From Candidatus Krumholzibacteriia bacterium (GTDB lineage: Bacteria > Krumholzibacteriota > Krumholzibacteriia > LZORAL124-64-63): DNA of 42,289 nt. The position numbers and the translations under genes are program-made. This document shows, one piece after another, positions 18,524 through 27,750 of this stretch. The stretch is from assembly GCA_036351155.1 (NCBI GenBank), contig JAZBOO010000005.1, positions 1 through 42,289 of the forward strand, in the 5' to 3' direction. The notes under the pieces were generated by a model. The model searched no databases. It worked only from the letters and a program-made list of their open reading frames with translations, and was not told the origin of the DNA. Within the stretch, counting starts at the first letter, position 1. Each line of letters begins with the position of its first letter.

Positions 18524-19753
18524 ATGGACGACATCAAACGCCACAGCAACCAGCCTGCAGAACCCGAGATGGATCACCACGCCCCCCGCCGCCGTTCCCC
18601 CTGGGGCACGGTCGAAGGTCGGGTGATCAGCCTGGTCAGCCGCAAGGGCGGGGTGGGCAAGACCACCAGCGCCGTCAACCTGGGCGCAGCGTTGAGCCTC
18701 TCGGGCCACACGGTCCTGGTGGTGGGCACCGACCCCCAGTGCGGCGTGTGCCGGACCCTGGGCTCCGGGCCCGCCGATCTGGATGTGCGCCTGGGCGATC
18801 TTTTCCGGGGCCAGGACAACCTGATGGACCTGGCCCAGACCTCGCCCCTGGAAGGCTTGCATTTCGTGTCCCCGGGCATCACCAGCCTGGAAGAAGAAGA
18901 GTTCTACACCGAGAGTCTGGCCACCAAGGTGGACGATTTCGTCGCCGCGGTGGACCACGCCCGGAACTTCTACGACACCATCCTGATCGATTGCCCCCCC
19001 AGCCTGGGTGCCGCCTCGCGTGCCGCCTTGCTGGCCTCGGACAGCTATCTGGTGCCGGTCCAGGCCGAGGAACTGTGCCGCGAATCGCTGGACAGCCTGG
19101 TCAGCTTCGTCGACACCTTCCGCGAGCGCCATTACCCCACCGAAGCAGGCTTCCTGGATGCCGACAACCTGGACGAGGACCTGGATAACGGCCCTCAGCC
19201 CCTGGACCTCGAGGGCATGTTCCTGACCATGGTCAACGAGCGCACCCGCATGGGCCAGCACGTGGCCGCCAAGGTGGACGAACAGTTTGGCCCCTTCCTG
19301 TTTTCCAGCAGCATTCCCCGCACCACCCGGCTCAGTGAAATGGCCCTGCGTGGCAAGCCCGCGGTGATCTACGATCGCCGGAGCAAGGGCAGCCGGGCCT
19401 ACTTCGATCTGGCCGATGAGCTGGTCACGCGATTCCGGTTGAAATCCCAGAGCGACGAAACCACCTTTGATCAGGATTTGCCGGAAAAGGCCCATGGCCT
19501 CCCCCGGTCTCCTGCCGATTCCCGCCTGGAGCAATCCGCCGGCGCGGACACCGGAGGTGGACTGGAAGGATTCCTGAACGCCCTGGGCGCAGGCCGCAAC
19601 GTGGCCTCGTCCATTCCGGCCTTCGAAGAGCCTCAGGCTCCCGAAATGGTGTCCCTGGATGACCTGCTGGCCGAAGAGGAGCAGAGCCAACGCCAGGGGA
19701 GCGACGACTGGGACGAGGGAGTCTGGCCTAACCGCCACGACCGCCTCAACTGA
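18524..19753 (+). CDS. ParA/Soj-family ATPase with acidic insertion and C-terminal extension
   Basis: RKGGVGKTT deviant Walker A, IDCPPSLG, VPVQAE and IPR...LSE; GGAGGAG RBS before 18524. Confidence 0.88.
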   Translation: MDDIKRHSNQPAEPEMDHHAPRRRSPWGTVEGRVISLVSRKGGVGKTTSAVNLGAALSLSGHTVLVVGTDPQCGVCRTLGSGPADLDVRLGDLFRGQDNLMDLAQTSPLEGLHFVSPGITSLEEEEFYTESLATKVDDFVAAVDHARNFYDTILIDCPPSLGAASRAALLASDSYLVPVQAEELCRESLDSLVSFVDTFRERHYPTEAGFLDADNLDEDLDNGPQPLDLEGMFLTMVNERTRMGQHVAAKVDEQFGPFLFSSSIPRTTRLSEMALRGKPAVIYDRRSKGSRAYFDLADELVTRFRLKSQSDETTFDQDLPEKAHGLPRSPADSRLEQSAGADTGGGLEGFLNALGAGRNVASSIPAFEEPQAPEMVSLDDLLAEEEQSQRQGSDDWDEGVWPNRHDRLN

Positions 19754-19767
19754 CCGGAGGTGCGGCC

Positions 19768-20943
19768 TTGACCGCTGACACGATGAAATGCCTGGTGTAC
19801 GACAAGTCGTCCATGCCCTGGGACAAGACCCGCGGTTTTGTGCGGCAGGATATGCCCGCGCCCAGCCTGGACGAGGCGCGCCATCCGGCCGACGCCGAGA
19901 ACGTCCTGATCAAGGTGATCTACGCCGGCTTTTGCGGGAGCGACCGCGGTATCTGGAACCGGGCGGCCTTCAAGGGCATGATCTTCGACAGCCTGAAACG
20001 TGAGAAGGCCACCACCCGGATCATCGGGCACGAGATGGTGGGCGAGATCGTGGCCACCGGCTCCAGTGTCCAGGGGCGGTACGGGTACCGGCCCAAGGAC
20101 ATCGTGTCGACCGAGAGCCACATCATCTGCGGCACCTGTTACCAGTGCCAGATCGGGCAGACGCACATCTGCAGCCAGGATGTCATCATCGGCATCGGCC
20201 GCGATGGCTGTTTTGCCGAGTATATCAAGCTGCCGGCCAACGTGCTGTGGCCCACCGATCCCCGGAAAATCAAGATGAAGGTGGCCGCGGTGCAGGAGCC
20301 CTTCGGCAACGCCGTGCATGCCTGCACCACCGCCGACCTGCGGGGCAAAACCGTGGCCGTGTTCGGCTGCGGCACCATCGGCATGTTCGTCATCATGGTG
20401 GCCCGGGCTCTGGGGGCCACCCGTGTGATCGGCATCGAGCCCAACCCCGCCAACGTGAAGATGGCCCGGCAACTGGGCGCCGATGAGGTGATCTCGGTGG
20501 ACCTGGCGCGCCAGGCTCCCCACGGCTGGACTGCGGACAAGGAACTGGTGGCCCAGGTGCGCGAAGCGTGCGGCGGCATTGGAGCCGACGTCTCCATGGA
20601 AATGGCCGGTTTCAATTCCAGCGTGAACAACGCCATCCAGTCCACCCGGCGAGGCGGCGAGGTCATCCTGTTCGGTCTCAAGCAGGGCAACTTTCACATC
20701 CAGGCTTTCGATCGGCTGATCGTCAACGGCATCACCCTGCACAGCGTGATCGGTCGCCGGATTTTCGAAACCTGGTATATTACCCGGAACCTTCTGGAAG
20801 ACCAGTCCAACGGTATCCAGGAAAAAATTGCCGATGTCATTCTCGGGGGTGGCGACGATGCCGTCGTGCACATCGACGACTTCGCTCCCGAGTCGTTCGA
20901 AAAAACTCTGGCCGCCTGGCCCAAGCCGTTGATCCAGTTCTGA
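19768..20943 (+). CDS. Zinc-dependent medium-chain dehydrogenase, L-threonine 3-dehydrogenase-like
   Basis: GFCGSD, GHE, ESHIICGTCYQCQIGQTHIC, EPFGNAVH, GCGTIG and GRRIFETWY. Confidence 0.82.
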   Translation: MTADTMKCLVYDKSSMPWDKTRGFVRQDMPAPSLDEARHPADAENVLIKVIYAGFCGSDRGIWNRAAFKGMIFDSLKREKATTRIIGHEMVGEIVATGSSVQGRYGYRPKDIVSTESHIICGTCYQCQIGQTHICSQDVIIGIGRDGCFAEYIKLPANVLWPTDPRKIKMKVAAVQEPFGNAVHACTTADLRGKTVAVFGCGTIGMFVIMVARALGATRVIGIEPNPANVKMARQLGADEVISVDLARQAPHGWTADKELVAQVREACGGIGADVSMEMAGFNSSVNNAIQSTRRGGEVILFGLKQGNFHIQAFDRLIVNGITLHSVIGRRIFETWYITRNLLEDQSNGIQEKIADVILGGGDDAVVHIDDFAPESFEKTLAAWPKPLIQF

Positions 20944-20979
20944 CCGGCCTGGCGCATGGCGGCCCCAGGAAAGGCTGCC

Positions 20980-21207
20980 ATGCGCATCACGATCGAATTC
21001 TGCAAGGTTTGAAACTACGATCCCCAGGCCACCAGTTTGGCGGCCGATCTCCAGCAACGATATCAAGTGGAAGCTGAATTGATCCCCTCGGGCGGCGGCG
21101 TGTTCGAGGTCGAGGCGGATGGCACCTTGGTGTTCAGCAAGAAGGCCCTCGATCGCTTCCCCGAGCACGAGGAAGTGTTCCAGGCCATCGACAAGCTGAA
21201 GGCCTGA
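20980..21207 (+). CDS. SelW/SelT/SelH (Rdx) family selenoprotein, 75 aa, CxxU motif
   Basis: MRITIEFCKV-U(TGA 21010-21012)-NYDPQATSLAADLQQRYQVEAELIPSGGGVFEVEADGTLVFSKKALDRFPEHEEVFQAIDKLKA*. Rdx hallmarks G.FEV...G.LVFSK....RFP; AGGAAAGG RBS; SECIS-like hairpin downstream of the TGA. Confidence 0.92.
21019..21049 (+). promoter_or_regulatory. Bacterial SECIS-like element of the Rdx selenoprotein
   Basis: GATC..GGCC-A-CCA[GTT]TGG-C-GGCC-GATC; loop G is the 23rd nt after the TGA. Confidence 0.7.
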
Positions 21208-21316
21208 CCTTCGCGGCACAAGAAAAACCCCCTTCCCAGCACCAGCGGCCAAGGGGGAGACCAGGAACCGGTGCCAGAAAGGGGGTATGCCGGACCGCGT
21301 GGGGCACGGCCCTGAG

Positions 21317-21898
21317 CTATTTGTTCTGCGCTTTCTCCTTCAACCTGGCCAGCTCCTTCTTCAGCTGGCCCAGTTCCTGTCGCATGGCATCCAGTTCGGC
21401 CTCCAGCTCGGCCTCGCTGGCGTCATCCAGCTGACGGTCGATGGTCCGGTAGTGGCGGTGATGACTCCAGTCGTGGGTGTCAAAACCCTCGAAAGCCCCG
21501 TCCAGGGCGTCCGCCACCTCGGCCATGACCGCATCCAGGTCCACTTCCCATTCGTCATCGGCCAGAGCCAGACTCAGGTTGTTGTCCTGGCCGAAACGGA
21601 ATTCCATCTGCATTTCCGACAGGGCCTGGGCCACCTCGGAGACGGTGTCCGACACGAGCATGCCGATCTGATCCATGTCCACCACCGCCACCTTGGACTT
21701 GCCGTCCTCGGTCATGGTGATGGTCATCTCGCTGCCCTCGGTGTTGATGGTGATGTGGGAATCGTGACCGCCGATCACCAGGTGACGGTCTGATTTGGTA
21801 GTGTCGACCTTGTCTCTGGCCAGCGCCTGGGAAGCGGCTCCAAGCAGGAGTATCAGACCGGCCAAGAGGATGAGTGTCTGGACTGTCAAACGGCGCAT
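21317..21898 (-). CDS. Secreted hypothetical protein with C-terminal coiled coil
   Basis: GGAGGAGG RBS; signal peptide MRRLTVQ...ALA; acidic body; heptad-rich tail ELEAELDAMRQELGQLKKELARLKE. Confidence 0.75.
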   Translation of the reverse strand: MRRLTVQTLILLAGLILLLGAASQALARDKVDTTKSDRHLVIGGHDSHITINTEGSEMTITMTEDGKSKVAVVDMDQIGMLVSDTVSEVAQALSEMQMEFRFGQDNNLSLALADDEWEVDLDAVMAEVADALDGAFEGFDTHDWSHHRHYRTIDRQLDDASEAELEAELDAMRQELGQLKKELARLKEKAQNK

Positions 21899-21975
21899 CT
21901 GAGTACCTCCTCCAACATCACAGCTGGGTCGCAGATAAAAAACAAGGACAGGAACCAGCGGTCCCTGTCCATGAA

Positions 21976-22002
21976 TACGCCTGTCAGCCTCGGAAGGTTT
22001 CA
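21976..22002 (-). promoter_or_regulatory. Candidate ECF-sigma promoter
   Basis: Minus strand TGAAAC-N17-CGTA, about 80 nt upstream of the ATG at 21898. Confidence 0.5.
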
Positions 22003-22008
22003 GGCTAA

Positions 22009-24993
22009 TTACTGCACGCCCGAACGTCGCCACCAGCGGTCATCGGTGCGGAACACCAGCGAACCGCCCTGCCCCTGACGGGGGCGCACCAGTGCGCCTG
22101 GTCCCACCCGCTCCGACAGCGAGGGATAGACGATTTCCAGCAAGGGTGTATTCAGCCCTGAAGAAAGCACCCTGGCGGTGAACCCATCGTCGGGCGACAT
22201 CTGAACCAGCCAGTCCAGATTCACCGTCCCCACCCAGCCCGTGCCCTCGGGCGCCGAAGGGCCCATGCGAACGGGTTCCGAGCGGAAGGATTGACCGTCC
22301 CGGTCCATGGTGAACTCCACCATCACATCCGCCGGCCCGGGCAGGTATTCGGGGTCCAGGCGGACAACCACCGCGGTGATGGCGAGATCCGCGGGTTCCG
22401 CCAGCCGGGTCTGTAGTTCCGCCGCCTGGGCGTGCTGGTCGGCGCGCACCGGGTCATCAACCAGGCGCCCGGGACTGACTCCCAGGATCACACTCAGCTC
22501 CTCATGCAAATCCACGTACACACTGGTCCAGTCCTGCCCCTGGGCCGAACGCCGCGCCAGGGCTGCGGTCAGCTCCTGGGACATGAGCCAGGCCTGGTCG
22601 TGAGTGCGGTACAGCTGATCCTGGCGCGTCCGGGATTCTGCGGCCTGGCGTTTCGCCCATTGCCCCAGAAATGAATGACCCTCGGCCTGAGCCAGCGCCA
22701 GCCAGTTGTCGCTGCGATCGCGCTCGGCCAGGGTATTCCGGAATTCCTGATACTGCTCGGAGGAGAAAGTGGACCACAGACCAGCCGGCATATCACCCGG
22801 GGCAACACCCTGGGCGGCCAGCTCGGTCACCGCTTCGTAGCGGATCCGATTCCAGTAGGGTGCAAAAACCTCGGGATCGAAGGAAGCCGCGCGATGACCG
22901 GCCATTTCATCCAGGATTTGCGGGGCCTTCATCGACTTCTCGATCAACGCCGGAGGATTGCCCAGCTCCTGATATACCGCCAGCACATCGGCCAGCAAAC
23001 GGGGCATCTCATTGGAGCCGAAAAGACCAATCTTGCGCCGCAACTCCCCGAGAACATCCTTGACCGCCGGGGCGGGCCAGCTGCCCTGATCGAGCTGAGG
23101 ATCATACGCCACGGCCAGACTTCCCGCCTGCCGTTCGGCTGTCTTCAGCCGGACCAGAAGGAAGGCGTTGTTGCGGTAGGCCCGGGACAGAGAACTGGCC
23201 GTGGGCGAGACCTTGTCCGCCGCACTCTTGAATCTGCTTTCCCAGGCGGCTGACCAGGTGGGAGACTCGAAAAGTTCAAGAAGCGAGGCCATGCCCGAGA
23301 CATTGCGACGCGCCGACTGGAAAGTGCGCCAGTAGCTGTGGGTGCCAACTTCCCGGTTCGACTCCGCCCAATCTGCGGCCACGGCACTGCCCAGCGAATC
23401 CCGCCGGGCCTTGACCTGGCTGACACTCAGCTTGTCCAGGTCGTTCCACAATACCCCCGAGCCCAGGGAATAGTGGGCCAGCTCCAGCAGGGCCAGCTCC
23501 TCGGACAGCACCTTGCCCTGTTCGTCCAGAGCCCGCAATCGGGCCAGTTCACGGTCGGGTCGATGGCCTTGCTGCATCCCTTCACGGGCCAGGTCCAGAA
23601 AAAGATCGGCCTGCATCAGGAGAGGTCCGGCGGCCTTGGCCTGCAATTCGGCCTGTGCCCGATTTCGGGCCTGCTCACCGTCGGTGCCCGGCAAAAGTCC
23701 CGTGCGCTGGATATTGTTGCGCAGGTGCACATACTCCTTTCCCACGTTGACCACTTCCAGCAGGCTGGGTGCCTTGGCTCCGGGTCGGTTCACTGCCCCC
23801 CAGTTGGCCAGGTCAAAAACACCCCACTCGCGGCCCTTCCCCGAACGATCCAGATATACCCAGCCGGCGGCCAGAACAGCCACCACCGTCAGGAAAACGG
23901 CCAGCGGGCGGGTGTTGCGTCCATTGTAGGGTTGGCGCAGGGAGACCGACTGCTTGACCAGTGGTCCCCGGCTGCGGCCCTTGGTCTCGGTGCGAAAGGT
24001 GCGTGGGCTCTGGCCCGGTGCGGGCACCGCGGCGGGCCGGACGGTGACGATGGCCGGAGAGATGGCCGGGCCCGAGGGCATGGAGCGCGTGGACAGCGCG
24101 GGCCTGTTCCCGGGGCCAGGATCCTGGTTCAGGGACAAGGCGGCGCTGGACAGGGGCTCCAGGGGCGATGAGGCGGGGCGGTTCTTCAATCGCACCACAG
24201 GTGTGTTGAGCTGGATGGCCGCCTGCTCCACAGGAGAGAGATCCCCACTGACCAGACAGTTGCGCACGGAAGCCACATATCTGCCGATGGCCTCGGGAGT
24301 GCCGCTGTCGACCATGGTCATGAACAGGCGCTGCCAGCTGGAAAACGGCGTGTCCTTGCTGTAGGCCGCCGCCAGGCCATAGGCGTTTTCACCGGCCGGG
24401 GCAAACGAGCAGAAGCGCAGTTTCTCCCTCTTGCCCACGGGCATCAAGCGGATGACCAGCCCCAGCACGCGGTCGCTCTGGGGTGAGCCCGCTTCCAGAT
24501 TCAAGGTCAGCTTGCCGCGGACCAGGAATTCCTTGAGGGCCTCATCCACCAGTCCCACATCGGCAGGATTGGGCGGTGGGGAAAATATTCCGTTCTGCTC
24601 CGGCACCTGGATGGTGCCTGCCGCCAGGCGTTCCCTTCCCGACCAGACATCCAGGAACGAACCTTCCTTCAGCACGGCAAAAGGGTTGTATCCGAAAACC
24701 CGGTAGTCGGCCTTGGTCAAAACCACGGCGTGAAAAAAGGCGGGAACGGTGGTCGAAACGCGGATGATGGCGTAAAGCTGGCCCTTCAGGGCGGGCATGG
24801 TCGAGCGAAGGGGAGACGAGATCACGGCCGGGCGGGCCAGCCCGCCAGGCGGTTCGGTGCCCCAGCCACGGCACAGGCTGACAATCTCTTCGCAGACGCT
24901 GATTCCCATACCCGGTGAGAATGAGAGGTGGGTGCGTCCACCATCGGGGTTTTCGGGGCTGATGCCGCACATCAGCTGTTCGAATCTGGCCAT
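22009..24993 (-). CDS. Large single-pass membrane protein of unknown function (994 aa)
   Basis: Long ORF with GGAG RBS; N-terminal globular domain, Pro/Ser-rich linker, one TM segment (LAVFLTVVAVLAAGWVYL), long helical region, C-terminal beta-rich domain. Confidence 0.75.
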   Translation of the reverse strand: MARFEQLMCGISPENPDGGRTHLSFSPGMGISVCEEIVSLCRGWGTEPPGGLARPAVISSPLRSTMPALKGQLYAIIRVSTTVPAFFHAVVLTKADYRVFGYNPFAVLKEGSFLDVWSGRERLAAGTIQVPEQNGIFSPPPNPADVGLVDEALKEFLVRGKLTLNLEAGSPQSDRVLGLVIRLMPVGKREKLRFCSFAPAGENAYGLAAAYSKDTPFSSWQRLFMTMVDSGTPEAIGRYVASVRNCLVSGDLSPVEQAAIQLNTPVVRLKNRPASSPLEPLSSAALSLNQDPGPGNRPALSTRSMPSGPAISPAIVTVRPAAVPAPGQSPRTFRTETKGRSRGPLVKQSVSLRQPYNGRNTRPLAVFLTVVAVLAAGWVYLDRSGKGREWGVFDLANWGAVNRPGAKAPSLLEVVNVGKEYVHLRNNIQRTGLLPGTDGEQARNRAQAELQAKAAGPLLMQADLFLDLAREGMQQGHRPDRELARLRALDEQGKVLSEELALLELAHYSLGSGVLWNDLDKLSVSQVKARRDSLGSAVAADWAESNREVGTHSYWRTFQSARRNVSGMASLLELFESPTWSAAWESRFKSAADKVSPTASSLSRAYRNNAFLLVRLKTAERQAGSLAVAYDPQLDQGSWPAPAVKDVLGELRRKIGLFGSNEMPRLLADVLAVYQELGNPPALIEKSMKAPQILDEMAGHRAASFDPEVFAPYWNRIRYEAVTELAAQGVAPGDMPAGLWSTFSSEQYQEFRNTLAERDRSDNWLALAQAEGHSFLGQWAKRQAAESRTRQDQLYRTHDQAWLMSQELTAALARRSAQGQDWTSVYVDLHEELSVILGVSPGRLVDDPVRADQHAQAAELQTRLAEPADLAITAVVVRLDPEYLPGPADVMVEFTMDRDGQSFRSEPVRMGPSAPEGTGWVGTVNLDWLVQMSPDDGFTARVLSSGLNTPLLEIVYPSLSERVGPGALVRPRQGQGGSLVFRTDDRWWRRSGVQ

Positions 24994-25074
24994 TTTGCGC
25001 TCCGGTTTGGGCTGGATCGACTACGGGTCTTCTCTTGTATCGGTCCGGAAGCGGCGGGGTTGATGTCATTTCTC

Positions 25075-25106
25075 AAAAAAAGACCCGGCCCATGTCGGGC
25101 CGGGTC
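25075..25106 (-). terminator. Intrinsic terminator of the cytochrome c/b gene
   Basis: GACCCGGCCC-ATGTC-GGGCCGGGTC followed by T7 on the minus strand. Confidence 0.85.
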
Positions 25107-25131
25107 CAGATGATGGCGATGGGCAGCGAAT

Positions 25132-27042
25132 CTAGATGTCTCGCTCCAGCCCCAGTCGCTTGACCTTGTCCACGTTGCCGGGAGACTGGGCCGCCGGATG
25201 TTCCTTTTCGAACATGTCCTTGGGCATCTTACCCGTCAACCAGCTGGGATTCATGGGGTACACGTGCGGGTTGAAGACCACGCCGTACATGTGCCAGACC
25301 ACGATGGCCAGGAAGGCCAGCCAGGCCTCGTAGTAGTGAATGACCAGCAGGACCTCGATCACGCCCTTGCCCATCAGGGTCACGAAATATTTCTCGAACC
25401 ACATGACCCAGCCGGTGCCCACCATGACCACCGTACCCCAGATCAGGGCCCAGTACTCGGCCTTCTCGACGAAGGAGAAGCGGCGCATCTGAGGGTGCTC
25501 GTCGGTCCGTCCCAGGTTGTACATGATCATGCCCCAGGCCTGCTTGGCGTCCAGCCAGCGAGGGGAAATGTCCTTCAGGAAGATCCGGCCCTTGGTGGTC
25601 ATCAGGTAGCCAAGGTGCCAGAAGGCCCCCAGGATCATGACGATGGCCGCGCCGCGGTGGATCAGGCCACGCATCTGGGCGCCTCCTTCGAAACCGAAGA
25701 TCCACTCGGCCCACCAGGCATCGTAGAATCGCAGGGAGAAACCAGTCAGGACCAGAACGGTGAAGGAAATGGCCAGGACCGTGTGCTGGACCACCTCATC
25801 GGATTCCATGCGCCGGACCTGACGTTTGGCCAGAACATTGCGCACCTGGCGCAGCCAGTCCAGGAAGCAGTAGCCCAGCATGCCGCCGATGATCAGGAGA
25901 ATGATGACCAGGTAGATGGTCTTGACATAGTACGGCCAGCCACTGGCCGGTCCAGTGACCGGTTCATGGATCTTGGTCTGCACGGCTTTTTCTGCGGACA
26001 TGCCCTGGTGACAGCCACCACAGGTGTTGACCAGGTTGTCCTGGTGCACCGAAGACCGAGGATCATCCGAGGAAAGGACCAGGTGAGCCGAATGGCAGCT
26101 CGCACAGTTGGCCACCGTGTTGTCACCGGTCCGACTTTTCAGCCCGTGGTAGGAGTCCACATAGGACTGCAAACGTCCGGTCGGCAGATCGTATTTTTCA
26201 TTCAGCTTCGCCGAATCATGGCAAGGCGTGCAGGTGGCCTCGGCCACCCGGAAAGGGCTGACCGGCGACCGGGGATCGCTGATGGCCAGGATCCCGTGCT
26301 CACCGTGGCAGCTGGTGCAGGTGGGTGCATCCACCTCACCGCGTTCGACAAACTGGCCGTGGATTCCAACTTCATACTCATCCTGGATGGTGCTGTGGCA
26401 CTTGCCGCAGGTCTTGGAAATGTTGAAGAAGTTGATGGTCGACTCGAGATGGCCGGGAGGCAGGATGCGGTGGGCTGAACCCCCGGTCGAGTGACAGTCG
26501 TTACAGGAGGCGGCCGTGTCCTTGCCGCCGGCGGTGGCCGTCCCGTGCACACCTCTCTGGTACACTTCAATGGGGTGCTTGAACTTGATGCCCAGCTCGG
26601 CCAGCAGATCTTGATCCTCGTGACAGGCCCCGCAGGTTTCCGGCAGGTTGGACGAGTGGACCAGGGAACGGGTATTGGTATGGGGCAAAATATTGTGGGA
26701 CCCGTGGCAATCTTGACAATCGGGAACATGCTCGCTCAAGCCCACCGTGCCGCGGCCATGCTGAACGTAAGTTTCCGTCACGTCGTCATGGCACGTCCCG
26801 CAATCGGCCTTGGCCAGATTCCGGCCGTGAGGCAGCTCGTCGATGCTGCTGTGGCAATCAATGCAGCTGAGGTCGGCATGGATGCTGCCGGCCAGCATGT
26901 CGTATCCCACCTCGGCCGGCTCTCCCCCGGTGTTGGTGTGGCAATCGGCACAAACGTCATCCCCAGCCGCCAGAGCGAATCCGGGGAGCATCCCGATCAT
27001 GAGGGCGAGAAGGAAGGGAATCACGAGCCTGAAGTGATGCAT
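25132..27042 (-). CDS. Inner-membrane multiheme cytochrome c fused to an FdnI/HydC-type cytochrome b (CbcL-like quinol oxidoreductase)
   Basis: Signal peptide; 11 CxxCH (CADCH, CIDCH, CGTCH, CQDCH, CGACH, CNDCH, CGKCH, CTSCH, CTPCH, CASCH, CGGCH); C-terminal TM domain with His ligands (VQH, IHR, WH, IHYYEA, WHMY) and EKAEYWALIWG. Confidence 0.88.
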   Translation of the reverse strand: MHHFRLVIPFLLALMIGMLPGFALAAGDDVCADCHTNTGGEPAEVGYDMLAGSIHADLSCIDCHSSIDELPHGRNLAKADCGTCHDDVTETYVQHGRGTVGLSEHVPDCQDCHGSHNILPHTNTRSLVHSSNLPETCGACHEDQDLLAELGIKFKHPIEVYQRGVHGTATAGGKDTAASCNDCHSTGGSAHRILPPGHLESTINFFNISKTCGKCHSTIQDEYEVGIHGQFVERGEVDAPTCTSCHGEHGILAISDPRSPVSPFRVAEATCTPCHDSAKLNEKYDLPTGRLQSYVDSYHGLKSRTGDNTVANCASCHSAHLVLSSDDPRSSVHQDNLVNTCGGCHQGMSAEKAVQTKIHEPVTGPASGWPYYVKTIYLVIILLIIGGMLGYCFLDWLRQVRNVLAKRQVRRMESDEVVQHTVLAISFTVLVLTGFSLRFYDAWWAEWIFGFEGGAQMRGLIHRGAAIVMILGAFWHLGYLMTTKGRIFLKDISPRWLDAKQAWGMIMYNLGRTDEHPQMRRFSFVEKAEYWALIWGTVVMVGTGWVMWFEKYFVTLMGKGVIEVLLVIHYYEAWLAFLAIVVWHMYGVVFNPHVYPMNPSWLTGKMPKDMFEKEHPAAQSPGNVDKVKRLGLERDI

Positions 27043-27228
27043 TGTCCTGAACCTTTCCCCGGACCGATGGAACCGGAAACAGATCTCACTCGCACCAGGA
27101 GCCGAGGAGTCTGTTCGAGGAGGCCGCCATGAAAAGCCATGTTTTGCCTCCTTATCATGTTCGGGCTGGCCAAATCCAGTCAAGATCCCTGCATCATGCG
27201 TGCATGCGGAAAAAAAAACACCTGCCAA

Positions 27229-27640
27229 AAAATCAGCCTACCCGATCTGAAGGCGCGATGGAGAACCAAGGACCTGGACACCCGTCACGCTATTGTCACA
27301 AAAGTAATCAACCATCCATTATATTCAAAGATAATTCACAGTAAGTTGTTTGAAATTTGCAACTTAAAGTAGATAGAAAGGGTATTGTTTTATTGGCTCC
27401 TTTCCGGGCAAAGTCGTCTATTTTGGTCTCCTTTTCCCCGGCATGACATCTCCGTGACACTTCACAGACATAACTCTTTGAGCGACAGTGAGTTACAAAT
27501 GTCAACATGATGTATTCCATTGCAATACAATAGGTTATCGCTGATTTGCATTGGATTTCACCATGCCTCTATGGTAGTTTCCGCTACTGAAGCATATTCA
27601 AGAATTATGAATTAACAACTTCGAAACCTCTGTTAACATG
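27229..27640. promoter_or_regulatory. AT-rich divergent control region between the cytochrome c/b gene and the decaheme-porin operon
   Basis: Sharp drop in GC relative to flanking genes; short palindromes TGTATT-N7-AATACA (27511-27529) and GTGA-CACT-TCAC. Confidence 0.6.
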
Positions 27641-27750
27641 CTTGGTCTGGTGGCGGGAAGGAGGACCAGGGCAGACCGGACAGCTCAAGTGGAACGGGCC
27701 ATCCCGTTCTTGCCAATCGTTCACACCCAACGTGGTGAGGTCCCATTTTT

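Noticed and set aside
27160..27185. GCTGGCCAAATCCAGT resembling a tRNA-Sec anticodon arm
   Set aside because: No TCA anticodon, T-arm or acceptor stem can be built around it.
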